Below are positions 48,384-58,575 of a stretch of DNA of 64,000 bases, piece by piece. The notes under the pieces were generated by a model. It was given only the letters and a program-made list of their open reading frames with translations. It ran no database searches and was not told the DNA's origin. The position numbers were made by a program, and so were the translations under genes. Position 1 is the first letter of the stretch; every line of letters starts with the position of its first letter. Source of the DNA: Candidatus Cloacimonadales bacterium (GTDB taxonomy: Bacteria > Cloacimonadota > Cloacimonadia > Cloacimonadales > JAIOQZ01); assembly GCA_942492065.1 (NCBI GenBank), contig CALODV010000013.1, positions 1,274,543-1,338,542 of the forward strand. Reading direction: 5' to 3'.

Positions 48384-51230
48384 CTAAAAGCTATCGTAAT
48401 CACTTGAATCAGCGGTATCTTCGATCATCGGGATAATGTCTTCAGGCTCAAGCTGATACATTTTTTCCTGATGCAGCTGCTTACCGTTTGATCGTCTGTT
48501 AGTTCGAATATGAGAATCTTTCAGAGTGAATTTCTCAATCATTGACCTCAACTCTGCTGACTGACTGTTCAGCTCTTCAGAAGCACTGGCTGATTCTTCA
48601 GCGTTTGCTGCAGATCTCTGAGTAACCTTGTTAAGCTCAGATACTCCTGAATTAATCTGTCCGATACCAGTTGACTGACTATCACTGGCAACAGAGATTT
48701 CCTCAACAATAGTATCTACTTTTTCAAAACTGGATTTGATATCATTAAAGTTATGTGTAACTTCATTAGCGATTTGTGCACCTTGTTGTGAGCTCTTCTT
48801 AGACTCTTCGATAAGAGTGGCAGTGTTTTTTGCTGCTTCAGCTGATCTGAGAGCCAGGTTTTTAACTTCTTCAGCAACAACTGCAAAACCTTTTCCTGCT
48901 TCACCGGCGTGAGCTGCTTCAACTGCAGCATTCAAGGCAAGGAGGTTTGTCTGGAAAGCTATTTCATCGATAGTTTTAAGTATTTTTCCTGTCTCATCAG
49001 ATGAAGTGATAATCTGCTGCATTGACTCATTCATCTTAGTCATTTGGTCACTACCAATCTGTACAGCTTTCAATGCTTCTCGTGCCAGATCTTTTCCAAT
49101 TGAAGCTGATTGAGCATTCTTATCTGTCAGAGAGTTCATTTCTTCCAGACTGGATGATATTTCTTCAAGAGAACTTGCCTGTTCGGATGTTCCTTCAGCC
49201 AGTGATTGAGACCCTGTGCTTATTTCGTTTGTTGCTGATCCTATCTGGTCAATAGCTACATTCACCTGAGCGAGAATATCATTAATAGAATCCAGTGATT
49301 CATTCAGGTTTTCGGCTATCTGTTTGAAACTATTATATACAGCTTTTGTGTCTTTGTCAAAGTCCTCAACTTCATAAGAGAATGACAAATTTCCCTTGGA
49401 CATTTGATTGAGAATAATTGATAGCTTTTCAACTTCTTTATTCTGGAATTTTTCAACTTTAGCTGCTACTCTTTCGAGTTGTTTTTGTGCTGTCTGATCT
49501 ATGACAATTTCAATACCTCCGACAATATTGCCCTCGCTATCTTTAACCGGAGCTCCGGTATACATAATATTGATGTCCATACCATTAGGATGTGCATCAG
49601 TTTCTTCAGTGAAGACAGCATTCTTTGTCATAGCCTGACTAATTGCACACTTTGAATTCTGGCAATCAGAGGTTTTGAATGAATTGTAACATTTTGAACC
49701 TTTTAACTGTTCCAGTGTTGTTCCCAGAATTTCCAATCCGGTATTGTTCATGAAGTTTATGTTATATTGCTTGTCTACAAGCATGATTGTTGCAGGTATG
49801 GAGTTAATATGTCCAACAAAAGTTTCAGTCATAGAGTTTATTTTTCGAGTCAGTTCTTTCCAGGCTCCGCTGAGACAATCAGAAGGGGATTGGGCGTATA
49901 GCTTTCCAAGTTGAATCTCGTGTGTCAATTCATTCATATTACTGATGAGGCTGTTCATGACATCTATGCAGCTATTGAGATTATTTTTAACTTCATTAAA
50001 ATCTCCTTTGTATGCATCTGTGATTTTTGGCGGGATATTACCTTTGGAAATCCTGTCAATGTATTCAGCCATAACATTAATTGGTGATACAAGTTCATCT
50101 GTAAGAGTGTTTATGGATTTTACCAGAGTAGCCCAGTCTCCCTGATACTGGGTGCTGTCGCCTCTGTTGTCAAGACGCCCCATAGTGATGCCTTCTATCA
50201 TTGTTTCAGTATCGACAAGAAGTTTTTTCATCATAACAATCATATTGTTCAGATTGTCTTTTACCCTGTTGAAATCACCTTCGTATTTATCTGTAATTTC
50301 AGGGGGAATTATTCCACGTGAGATACTGTCTATGTACTCAGCCATGACATTTATAGGTGAAACAAATGCGTTCACAAGATTATTAACATTATTGATCAAA
50401 CCAGCCCATTCTCCTTTGTATTGACTTGCATCTGCTCTAGTATCGAGTTCTCCCCGAATAGTAGCCTTTATAAGCTTTTCACTTTCATCCATCAAACCCC
50501 TCATCACATCTATAAGGTTATTCAGATTGTTTTTCACCTCATTAAAGCTGCCCTTATAGGTGTCAGTTATTTTTGGAGGTATTTCTCCGTTGGAGAATCT
50601 GTCCACATACTCAGCCATGACATTGATAGGAGCAGTAAATGCGTCTATTAAGGTGTTGACTTGTACTACAAGACCAGCCCAGACTCCTTCAAATTTTGTC
50701 ACATCACCACGTGCATCAAGCATACCCTCAACAGTGGATTTTATAAGGAAAGAAGTCTCATCTGTTAGACTGTTCATAACATCTATGCAAGTGTTAAGAT
50801 TATTCTTAACTTCCAAGAAATCACCATTGTAATTATCAGTTATCTTGGGGGGAATATTACCCTTTGATATCCTGTCAATATACTCTGCCATAATATTTAT
50901 TGGTGAAACAAAAGCATTTATCAAATCATTGGTATTGTTAACGATATCCTGAAAATCCACTGTTACATCATCAATATCTCCTCTGGTATCCAGCTCTCCC
51001 AGGATTATTGAATTCGTAAGTTCTTTGATTTTGGTCGTAACATTAACTATTGACTTGTTAATTGAGCCTGCAAAGAAATATGCAGCAATTGCATCTACTA
51101 ATCCAATAATCAGAGTCAGAATGATTACCATCTGTTTGCTCTGATGATGCAGTGCTATTTGCCCCATAATTATCATTGGAATAACTCCAATGCATAAAAT
51201 ACCAATAAGTAATTTGGTTTTAATTTTCAT
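48384..51230 (-). CDS. Methyl-accepting chemotaxis protein with tandem signalling modules, a PAS domain and an MA domain
   Basis: Two N-terminal TM segments, four 91-aa repeats and a PAS region. Conserved MCP hairpin region [39 protein letters not shown]-terminus ...SSDYDSF. Confidence 0.92.
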   Translation of the reverse strand: MKIKTKLLIGILCIGVIPMIIMGQIALHHQSKQMVIILTLIIGLVDAIAAYFFAGSINKSIVNVTTKIKELTNSIILGELDTRGDIDDVTVDFQDIVNNTNDLINAFVSPINIMAEYIDRISKGNIPPKITDNYNGDFLEVKNNLNTCIDVMNSLTDETSFLIKSTVEGMLDARGDVTKFEGVWAGLVVQVNTLIDAFTAPINVMAEYVDRFSNGEIPPKITDTYKGSFNEVKNNLNNLIDVMRGLMDESEKLIKATIRGELDTRADASQYKGEWAGLINNVNNLVNAFVSPINVMAEYIDSISRGIIPPEITDKYEGDFNRVKDNLNNMIVMMKKLLVDTETMIEGITMGRLDNRGDSTQYQGDWATLVKSINTLTDELVSPINVMAEYIDRISKGNIPPKITDAYKGDFNEVKNNLNSCIDVMNSLISNMNELTHEIQLGKLYAQSPSDCLSGAWKELTRKINSMTETFVGHINSIPATIMLVDKQYNINFMNNTGLEILGTTLEQLKGSKCYNSFKTSDCQNSKCAISQAMTKNAVFTEETDAHPNGMDINIMYTGAPVKDSEGNIVGGIEIVIDQTAQKQLERVAAKVEKFQNKEVEKLSIILNQMSKGNLSFSYEVEDFDKDTKAVYNSFKQIAENLNESLDSINDILAQVNVAIDQIGSATNEISTGSQSLAEGTSEQASSLEEISSSLEEMNSLTDKNAQSASIGKDLAREALKAVQIGSDQMTKMNESMQQIITSSDETGKILKTIDEIAFQTNLLALNAAVEAAHAGEAGKGFAVVAEEVKNLALRSAEAAKNTATLIEESKKSSQQGAQIANEVTHNFNDIKSSFEKVDTIVEEISVASDSQSTGIGQINSGVSELNKVTQRSAANAEESASASEELNSQSAELRSMIEKFTLKDSHIRTNRRSNGKQLHQEKMYQLEPEDIIPMIEDTADSSDYDSF
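49908..50999 (-). repeat. Four tandem 273-bp (91-aa) coding repeats inside the MCP gene
   Basis: The (S/A)PIN motif recurs at aa 109, 200, 291 and 382 (SPIN, APIN, SPIN, SPIN). The G-x-LD-x-R-x-D motif recurs at aa 78, 169, 260 and 351. Unit consensus: ..[38 protein letters not shown]... Confidence 0.9.
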
Positions 51231-52084
51231 TCTCTCTCTCCTGCAAATTTATTAATTCCCAACGTTATTGAAGCATAAGTTGGATTTATTGATGAAGAAA
51301 TGTGCACGTTCAAGAATAAGATATATTGAAAACCTCACTTTGCAAGTAAATTATTACCTGTTGCTATATAAATATTTATTGATATTGCTACTATTTTACA
51401 TATAAAAAAATTGTCGAGATATTATTTCGCTGGTTATGAAATATGGTAAAACAATAATGAAATAAATACAAAAAGTATTGATATGTTGTGTCATTGATTG
51501 TTGATGACAATATATGTTCAATATTACTGATCTTATTTTTGTTGAGCAGAGAGGAATATTGTAGTCATTATTCTTTCTATGTAACCTGTAATTTATCCGG
51601 TTCGTCAATGTTTCTGTCTTTCTTATTATACTCAGAATCTGTTACTTGGCAGGTTTAATAGACTTATACTTACTGAATAGCCTGCCAAATATAGTATTAA
51701 CCATAGCTTTAACAATAAGAAATTCCAGAAGCATTTCAGAATTGCCCTCATCTGATTGAAATGTATTCTGTAAACAGTAATGTAGTGAGCTTTATGGAAT
51801 CTCTGTCAGGAATGCATGTGAGAAACAGATAATAATAAGAAAAATTGTCTGCTCGGCAATGAAAAGTCTATCACATCCTGTACAATTGCAGATATCTAAT
51901 GGGAAATTTATTCTAAGAATGCTATAAAGTAGGCGAAAAATTAATAATACTCCAATGCCTGTAAAAACAGCCTTAAAGCAGAATAGCGATGTAAAACTGC
52001 TGAAGAAGGTATTGGAATATACTCATTTGCGTGTCTAAATTAAAATTGATATATGAGGTATGACAAGATTAATATAAATCCGCC

Positions 52085-52486
52085 TTATTGTGCTGCGTAT
52101 TCTGTAAGGAACTCTTTATTACCAAACGCAAGATCAAGATGCTTAATTTCCCTGAAATGTATCCACTTATATTCAGAAGATTCTTCATTCAGCTTGATAC
52201 TTCCTGAAAATTCTACTTCGAAGTACAGGTTCAGATAGTGTTTTTCAGCTTCAGGTTCCGGTAGCGTGTCTTGATAACCAAGAAGTTTACATGAAACAAG
52301 ATCCAGATTGGTTTCTTCCTTTAGTTCTTTTTTACAGGTTCCTGCTATTGAATCACCAAAATCAACTTTACCTCCCGGTATATTCCAGCATCCGGGTTTG
52401 TGAGATGTATTCGATCGCTTTAATATCAGAATTTTATCGCTCTGCTTGAGTATCATTCTGACAACAGGTATTGGATGTTTTGACAT
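52085..52486 (-). CDS. Nudix hydrolase
   Basis: Nudix box GGKVDFGDSIAGTCKKELKEETNL. 133 aa. Confidence 0.85.
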   Translation of the reverse strand: MSKHPIPVVRMILKQSDKILILKRSNTSHKPGCWNIPGGKVDFGDSIAGTCKKELKEETNLDLVSCKLLGYQDTLPEPEAEKHYLNLYFEVEFSGSIKLNEESSEYKWIHFREIKHLDLAFGNKEFLTEYAAQ

Positions 52487-52628
52487 TGTTTTCTCCTTGA
52501 TGGCTGTTAAACCAATTTGTGATTTAAAACAATAATGTAAATGTAAATATATTAAAATGATTTCAAGAATTGCGAGACAGAGAAGTCCGTAAGTTAGTTA
52601 TGGCAGTCATTGGGACATCAAAGTAAAT

Positions 52629-52658
52629 GAAAAAAGAGACGCTGTTTAAAGCGTCTCT
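52629..52658 (-). terminator. Rho-independent terminator, about 270 nt downstream of the T9SS propeller gene
   Basis: AGAGACGC-8 nt-GCGTCTCT. On the minus strand the stem is followed by TTTTTCATTT. Confidence 0.65.
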
Positions 52659-52805
52659 CTAATGTTTTATTTTTTTTACTATTCGTAATATGAGGCATCG
52701 TCACTATATATAGTTATCTGCCCGGAAATTTTCATTTCTGTCACGCTGACAGACTGTGTAAAAACGTAATTATTGTCGTTTCTTTTGTTCACAGCATATT
52801 CCCTT

Positions 52806-52885
52806 TCCCGACTTTATCGGGACTCAGGGAGCTTTCACTATGTTTTATCAGTAGGTTAAGCTGATTGAGTCCCGAATAATCGGGA
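52806..52885. repeat. Inverted-repeat / twin-hairpin element
   Basis: TCCCGA-CTTTA-TCGGGACTCA (52806-52826) and TGAGTCCCGA-ATAA-TCGGGA (52866-52885) are each self-complementary, and the two are reverse complements of each other. Confidence 0.6.
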
Positions 52886-52927
52886 AAACCTTCGACGCAA
52901 ATACCGAAGATTTCGAAAAATCTTGCT

Positions 52928-55618
52928 TTATTTCATCAGCACAATCTTACGTGTTTCTATGTGGTTCCCGGTGATCATCTTTACAAAGTATACACCGGAT
53001 GACACTGATTTTCCTGAATCAGAATCTCCATGCCAGACAACTTTATGGTCACCGGCTGAGACAGCTTTATCCACCAGGGTTTTCACTCTCTGACCTTTCA
53101 GATTGTAAACTGCAATACTGACAGGTGTTTCTTCCTTCACAGAATAGTCTATGTTGGTTTCAGGATTGAATGGGTTAGGATATATTCCCTGTATTCCGAG
53201 CTTTGTAAACTCTTCAGGGGTTTCTTCATCTTTTTCCTTTTCGACAGTGACTCTTACAGGTCCGTAGAAATTGCTGTTACCGCTGAGGGAAACACTTTCC
53301 AGCCAGTAATAGTATGTATTATTATAATCAACATCGAAGTCACTTATACTGTAATCACTGCCTGATGATGTATTGTCTGATCCTATAATCTGAGAATTAA
53401 CCATTAATGCATCAGTTTGATTATTTTCGAAATTCCTGTATACATTGAATCCATTCATTTCTGTTTCAGAAGCAGTACTCCACTCAATCAGAACATTTTT
53501 GTCAGTGCTCTGTATTGCCTTGAATGATGATAAGGTAACAGGGAGTGAATTGTCATTACCTCCTGCAGGAACAAATTCAGAGAATCCGTTAAGTCCCTGA
53601 ATTGTGATGTATGGGTAGTTATATACAAGAGTTGCACCAAGATCTTCTACAACATCCTGCCATGGAGAATTTTCATCTTCTCTCTTGAGGAATTTCAGAG
53701 TATTAAAGTTGTCAATACCTGCTACATCACTGAGATCAAAAGTTATATCGTAACTGCCAACGTTTCCTGCAGATGATTCAACTTGCCAGTAGTTGTCTGC
53801 CAGATTTTCTGCACTTGAAGGGAGTTCCCCAATTACATTCGGTTCTCTGAAATTCTGCGTCAGATCCAAAGTTGTTTCTGCGTGATTATCTCTGAACTGA
53901 AGCCTGATGGCGACATCATCAAATGGGATCTCAGAAGTGTCGTCTGCCGGGACATGCTGCTGCTGGTTAGCAGGGGGATTTACATCACTTAGAAAGACAG
54001 GAATGAATTCCCTGTCAGCAACAACGTTCCTGATCGTAATGTAAGGAAAATTATACTCAAGTGTCGCGTTAGGGAAGGCTTCAACATATTCAAGATCAGA
54101 TCCTTTCCATCTTCTCATCAGAAAATGTACATCTTGAATATTCTGGGGAGTACAAATATCGCTGACATCCAGAGTTACATCAAAAAAACGATAAATCATT
54201 GTACTCTTAATATACCAGTATTGATCTGCGAAATGGTCAACATAAGGTGGAAGTCCCCATTCGGGAGCTGCAAAGTCATACTTTATTGCATCAATGGTAT
54301 AGCTGGTACATCCGTCATGAACACCTTCATTGGGGAAGCTTTCAATATATTTTATACTTGCTGCATTTTCCGGGAAATGATATAAGGTATTGTCATATAG
54401 CCCAATTGTTCTGGGGTAGTGCAGGATATTTTGTGTAGAATCATTTATATTGGTATAGTAAACTATTCCGGAAAGATGAGAATTTTCACCCTTGCTGTAT
54501 TCTCCAATAAGAATATCATCGCCTCTCATGGTTACAACAGGAATGTATGTGTTTGAGTACCCATCAGTGATATAGGGATTTGTATATACTGTTTTTTCTA
54601 CCCATGCACCATTTTCTTTCTGGTATAGATATGCAGTATTGGTTCTTCTTTCGGATCCACAAGAAAAATCTCCTGAAAAATAAAAGCTGTCATTACTGCG
54701 ATCCTCACAACTTACAAGTAAGTTGTCTCCTGAAATATAAAAGCTCCAGCCAAAATACCATGTATACTGGTCTGGTGGAGTTATAGACTCTTCAAGTGTC
54801 CAGACACCATTTTGTCTCTGGTATATATCAATGGATGAAGACCCCACATTGAAACTATCAACATTGTAATTGCCAATATAAGCTTTTCCATCGGAAAGCA
54901 TTAAGCAATTACTTCTTACAGGTAGCCGCAGCTGCTCAGACCACACTCCATTCTCTTTATGGAAAATGTATGATGCATCTGTTGCTCCAATTATCATATC
55001 ATCTCCTGATATATGAATCCTGCGGCCAAATTGTGTATACCTTTCATTAACTGATGGAGTAAGGATGGCTTCCTCTACCCATTCTCCATTGATATTCTGA
55101 AATACATAAACCCTTCCTCTACCTCCATTAACCTCATTGTAAATGGCAGATACAGCTATGTAATTGTCAGATATCGAAACCTGCTCACCAAAGTTGCTTC
55201 TATAAGAAAAATTTGAAGCGATAAGTAATGTGTCCTCGACCCATACATTATTTTCCAGATGGTAAACCTGAGCACTTCCGGCGTTCTCGACTCCCTGAAC
55301 ATCATCGTGAATAATGCCGACTACTGCATATTCCCCGGTGAAATCAGCCGAATTACCAAAATCATCATCATCTTCAACGAAAGAAGGTCTTAGCTGCTGG
55401 TGCTCGACCCATTGTCCGTTAACCATTTTAAAACTGTATGTGTAATAACTGGCTCCGATTATTGCGTAGTCTCCCGAAACTGATAAAGACTTGCCAAACA
55501 ACATATTCCGACCAAACAGATAAGATGGAATAACATTATCAGTTATGTGTTGATAACTGATTGCGAAAACAGTACAAAATGTAAAAAGTAAAAATAAGAA
55601 TACAATATTCCTTTTCAT
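52928..55618 (-). CDS. Large secreted beta-propeller-repeat protein with T9SS C-terminal sorting domain
   Basis: Signal peptide. Repeated FG..vs.sGdyaivGa-type blades (SVSGDYAIIGA, FTGEYAVVGI, ISDNYIAVSA, ISGDDMIIGA). C-terminus IYPNPFNPETNIDY...GVYFVKMIT...RKIVLMK. Confidence 0.85.
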   Translation of the reverse strand: MKRNIVFLFLLFTFCTVFAISYQHITDNVIPSYLFGRNMLFGKSLSVSGDYAIIGASYYTYSFKMVNGQWVEHQQLRPSFVEDDDDFGNSADFTGEYAVVGIIHDDVQGVENAGSAQVYHLENNVWVEDTLLIASNFSYRSNFGEQVSISDNYIAVSAIYNEVNGGRGRVYVFQNINGEWVEEAILTPSVNERYTQFGRRIHISGDDMIIGATDASYIFHKENGVWSEQLRLPVRSNCLMLSDGKAYIGNYNVDSFNVGSSSIDIYQRQNGVWTLEESITPPDQYTWYFGWSFYISGDNLLVSCEDRSNDSFYFSGDFSCGSERRTNTAYLYQKENGAWVEKTVYTNPYITDGYSNTYIPVVTMRGDDILIGEYSKGENSHLSGIVYYTNINDSTQNILHYPRTIGLYDNTLYHFPENAASIKYIESFPNEGVHDGCTSYTIDAIKYDFAAPEWGLPPYVDHFADQYWYIKSTMIYRFFDVTLDVSDICTPQNIQDVHFLMRRWKGSDLEYVEAFPNATLEYNFPYITIRNVVADREFIPVFLSDVNPPANQQQHVPADDTSEIPFDDVAIRLQFRDNHAETTLDLTQNFREPNVIGELPSSAENLADNYWQVESSAGNVGSYDITFDLSDVAGIDNFNTLKFLKREDENSPWQDVVEDLGATLVYNYPYITIQGLNGFSEFVPAGGNDNSLPVTLSSFKAIQSTDKNVLIEWSTASETEMNGFNVYRNFENNQTDALMVNSQIIGSDNTSSGSDYSISDFDVDYNNTYYYWLESVSLSGNSNFYGPVRVTVEKEKDEETPEEFTKLGIQGIYPNPFNPETNIDYSVKEETPVSIAVYNLKGQRVKTLVDKAVSAGDHKVVWHGDSDSGKSVSSGVYFVKMITGNHIETRKIVLMK

Positions 55619-56017
55619 AAAAAACTCCTCTATGCGCTTTTGAGAACTTTGAATTAATTAATATACTGTCGGTTTGTTGATCAATTTATATGAAGCTAAT
55701 GCTACAGATGTCAATATAATTTTTACTGTCATATGCGTTTTTTTTATGATTTAGGTCTAATCCTGTATATATTGGTGCTAAACACATATACTGGTAATAG
55801 TCTTACTTCTGCAGAAAGATTCAAGGAAACAGAATAAGAATCTCTAGTTTAAAAAATACAAATTTTTAAGCAGTTCAATTTTCAAAGTCGAAAGTGAATT
55901 CAATGGATGATTCTGTTTGGCTCAATAGTAAATAAATACTCACTTCAAATATTCTGAATCTGATTCGAACCTTTTTCTTTTGACAAAAAGTAGCGGTTCG
56001 TAAAACAATACACCACT

Positions 56018-56653
56018 ATGGAAAAAAGTATAAATGGATTCTTCTCAAGACATAACGAAATGCTGCTGAAAGCTGTCAGGAAGTACACTGTCGGGATTGC
56101 CGGCTGTGGAGGTCTTGGGTCCAATATTGCCTTTGCATTGGTTCGCATCGGTATAAAAAAAATTGTTATGGCAGATTTTGACGTGGTTGAACCGCATAAT
56201 CTGAATCGACAGCAGTTTTTTATAGATCAGATAGGCAAGCCTAAAGCAAAAGCACTTTTTGAGAACCTTAAAAGGATCAGCCCTTATACTGATATTGAAT
56301 TCCATGTATTGAAAATCAGTGAAGATAACATTGATGTGCTTTTTAGGGAAGTGGACATAATGGCTGAAGCATTCGACAGAGCTGAGATGAAGAAGATGCT
56401 CATAGAGGAATGGCTGGTTAAATATCCTGTAAAGCCTATAGTTGCCGCATCCGGAATAGCCGGATATGGCAGAAATGAGATTTTGAAAACCAGAAAGATT
56501 GGTAATCTGTATGTCTGCGGAGATGAAAGCTCTGAGCTGGAGGAGAATATATCTCCGACGGCACCACGGGTAGCTCTTGTTGCAAACATGCAGGCTAATC
56601 AGATAATTGAACTTATAATGGAGAAAGAGTATGGCTCAACAGATAATGGTTAA
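56018..56653 (+). CDS. thiF: ThiF-family (short form) sulfur-carrier adenylyltransferase
   Basis: GIAGCGGLGSNIAFALVRIGIKKIVMADFDVVEPHNLNRQ is the E1-like nucleotide-binding motif. About 210 aa, followed directly by a ThiS-like gene. Confidence 0.8.
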   Translation: MEKSINGFFSRHNEMLLKAVRKYTVGIAGCGGLGSNIAFALVRIGIKKIVMADFDVVEPHNLNRQQFFIDQIGKPKAKALFENLKRISPYTDIEFHVLKISEDNIDVLFREVDIMAEAFDRAEMKKMLIEEWLVKYPVKPIVAASGIAGYGRNEILKTRKIGNLYVCGDESSELEENISPTAPRVALVANMQANQIIELIMEKEYGSTDNG

Positions 56654-56837
56654 TGGAAACAGTATGGACTGGGAGCAGGACTTGACCATTACGGGAATTC
56701 TTAAGAAAAAGAGATTCACATTCAAGCTGTTAGTCGTTAAGGTTGACGGAAAACTTGTAAAAAAAGATAAATACGATACAACAACAATACCGCCCGGAGC
56801 TAGTGTGCAGGTACTGCATCTGATGAGTGGTGGATAA
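56631..56837 (+). CDS. thiS: ThiS/MoaD-family sulfur carrier protein (C-terminal GG)
   Basis: 68 aa ending ...[10 protein letters not shown]. The alternative start ATG 56646 (MVNGNS...) is equally plausible. Confidence 0.75.
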   Translation: MAQQIMVNGNSMDWEQDLTITGILKKKRFTFKLLVVKVDGKLVKKDKYDTTTIPPGASVQVLHLMSGG

Positions 56838-56847
56838 GGAGACTTAT

Positions 56848-57129
56848 ATGTTTAAAACTAATGAATACTTTGATGGTAAAGTGAAATCAATTGCATTTGA
56901 TACAAATGACGGACCTGCTACAATTGGTGTTATGGCAGAAGGCGAGTATGAGTTTGGAACATCCACAATAGAATATATGACTGTTATTGAAGGTGTTATG
57001 GTTGTTCTTCTTCCAGGCGAAGAAGAATGGAAGACTTTTGCTAAGGGCGAAACTTTCATCGTTCAGAAAGATAAAAAATTCAATCTGAAAATTGAAGGGA
57101 ATGCTGCATATTTATGTCTCTATAAATAG
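56848..57129 (+). CDS. ppnP: Pyrimidine/purine nucleoside phosphorylase PpnP (DUF1255/YaiE family)
   Basis: [17 protein letters not shown]...[30 protein letters not shown]...YLC.Y closely parallels E. coli PpnP. RBS AAGGAG precedes ATG 56848. Confidence 0.85.
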   Translation: MFKTNEYFDGKVKSIAFDTNDGPATIGVMAEGEYEFGTSTIEYMTVIEGVMVVLLPGEEEWKTFAKGETFIVQKDKKFNLKIEGNAAYLCLYK

Positions 57130-57139
57130 TGGAGGATAA

Positions 57140-58564
57140 ATGACATTAAGAGATATCAAAAAAATTATAGAAGAAAAACAGATTAAGACTATAGATTTGA
57201 AATACTCTGATCTTGCCGGAAACTGGTATCATATTTCTTTTCCACCGGATAAGCTTGATAAAGTTATGACCGAAGGTATATCTTTCGATGGTTCAAGTAT
57301 CCCCGGAATGAGATCAGTCGAATCTGGAGATATGGTTATTCTTCCGGATATCACAACTGCAATGGTTGATCCTTTCACAAGATATCCAACCCTAAGAATG
57401 CTTTGCTTCATCTGTGACGCTGATACAAGAATCGGTGTTGCTAAAGACCCAAGAAGCGTTGCCAAGAGAACAGATGACTATATGAAGTCTACTAAGATTG
57501 CAGACCAGTCATTCTGGATTCCTGAGTTCGAATTCTATCTGTTTAATGATGCTGTTTTCAGTAATGGCAAGTATGAAGCAGGTTATAAATTCACATCTGC
57601 AGAATCCAAAGAAGTTCTGCCGGGAAAATATGTGGACAGAGACGGCACAGCCGTAGCTCACAGAAAAGGCTATCATATAGATACCCCGTTTGACAAATAT
57701 GCAGATGTTCGTCAGGAGATGGTTAACCAGATGGAAGATATTGGTGTTGATGTACGTTATCACCATCATGAGGTTGGTCTTGCCGGTCAGGAAGAAATAG
57801 AAACAGAAATGATGGAATTCGGTAACATAGTTGATAAAATGATGTATATCAAGGATATCATTCATAACACAGCATTAAGAAACGATCTTACCGCTACATT
57901 CATGCCTAAGCCTTTATACGATGAAGCCGGAAACGGAATGCACTTTCATATTCAGCTCAGAAAGAAAGGTAAGAATGTGTTCTATAAAAAAGGTGAATAT
58001 GCTGATCTTTCTCTGGAAGCGCAGTATTTCATCGGTGGAATTCTCAAGCACGGACGTTCCCTCACTGCATTCACAAATCCAAGCACTAACTCATTCAAGA
58101 GACTGCTTCCGGGATTTGAAGCACCTGTAAAATTATTCTATGGTCTTGCAAACAGATCTGCTGCAATCAGAATTCCCAAGTACGTTACAACAGAAGAGAC
58201 AAAACGTATAGAATTCAGAACAGGTGACGGAACATGTAATTACTACCTGGCAATGAGTGCTCTGCTGATGGCAGGACTCGACGGTATCCAGAACAAAATT
58301 CTTCCTACAAAGGAAAATGGATACGGTCCGTTTGATGATAACGTATTTGCATGGCCGGATGAGAAAAAAGATATGCTTGAGTCAATTCCGGAAAGTCTGG
58401 AAGAAGCTCTGCAGGCATTGAAGGAAGATCATGAGTATCTTCTTAAAGGTGATGTATTTAATAAAGAATTAATAGATAGTTGGATAAAAGAAAAAATGAA
58501 AGAAGTGGTTGCGGTTAAAAACAGACCTCATCCGTTCGAAATGAGTCTTTATTATAGTTTATAA
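57140..58564 (+). CDS. glnA: Glutamine synthetase, type I
   Basis: 474 aa with an N-terminal beta-grasp domain. Contains ...GNGMHFHIQL..., NPSTNSFKRLLPGFEAP and RIEFR. RBS GGAGGA. Confidence 0.9.
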   Translation: MTLRDIKKIIEEKQIKTIDLKYSDLAGNWYHISFPPDKLDKVMTEGISFDGSSIPGMRSVESGDMVILPDITTAMVDPFTRYPTLRMLCFICDADTRIGVAKDPRSVAKRTDDYMKSTKIADQSFWIPEFEFYLFNDAVFSNGKYEAGYKFTSAESKEVLPGKYVDRDGTAVAHRKGYHIDTPFDKYADVRQEMVNQMEDIGVDVRYHHHEVGLAGQEEIETEMMEFGNIVDKMMYIKDIIHNTALRNDLTATFMPKPLYDEAGNGMHFHIQLRKKGKNVFYKKGEYADLSLEAQYFIGGILKHGRSLTAFTNPSTNSFKRLLPGFEAPVKLFYGLANRSAAIRIPKYVTTEETKRIEFRTGDGTCNYYLAMSALLMAGLDGIQNKILPTKENGYGPFDDNVFAWPDEKKDMLESIPESLEEALQALKEDHEYLLKGDVFNKELIDSWIKEKMKEVVAVKNRPHPFEMSLYYSL

Positions 58565-58575
58565 TTGGAGGTAAA

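Noticed and set aside
51292-51405. A 37-codon ORF (MKKCARSRIRYIENLTLQVNYYLLLYKYLLILLLFYI) in the ORF-free region.
   Set aside because: It has no RBS, and its composition is simply that of AT-rich DNA. It is probably spurious.
55962-55971. GGTTCGAATC on the minus strand, a T-loop-like sequence suggesting a tRNA or tRNA fragment.
   Set aside because: The flanking bases cannot form a T-stem, and no acceptor or anticodon arms are evident.
55619-56017. An expected TPP (THI-box) riboswitch upstream of thiF-thiS.
   Set aside because: The conserved CUGAGA and ACCUGAUCUGGAUAAUGCCAGCG elements are not present. Only unrelated weak hairpins were seen.
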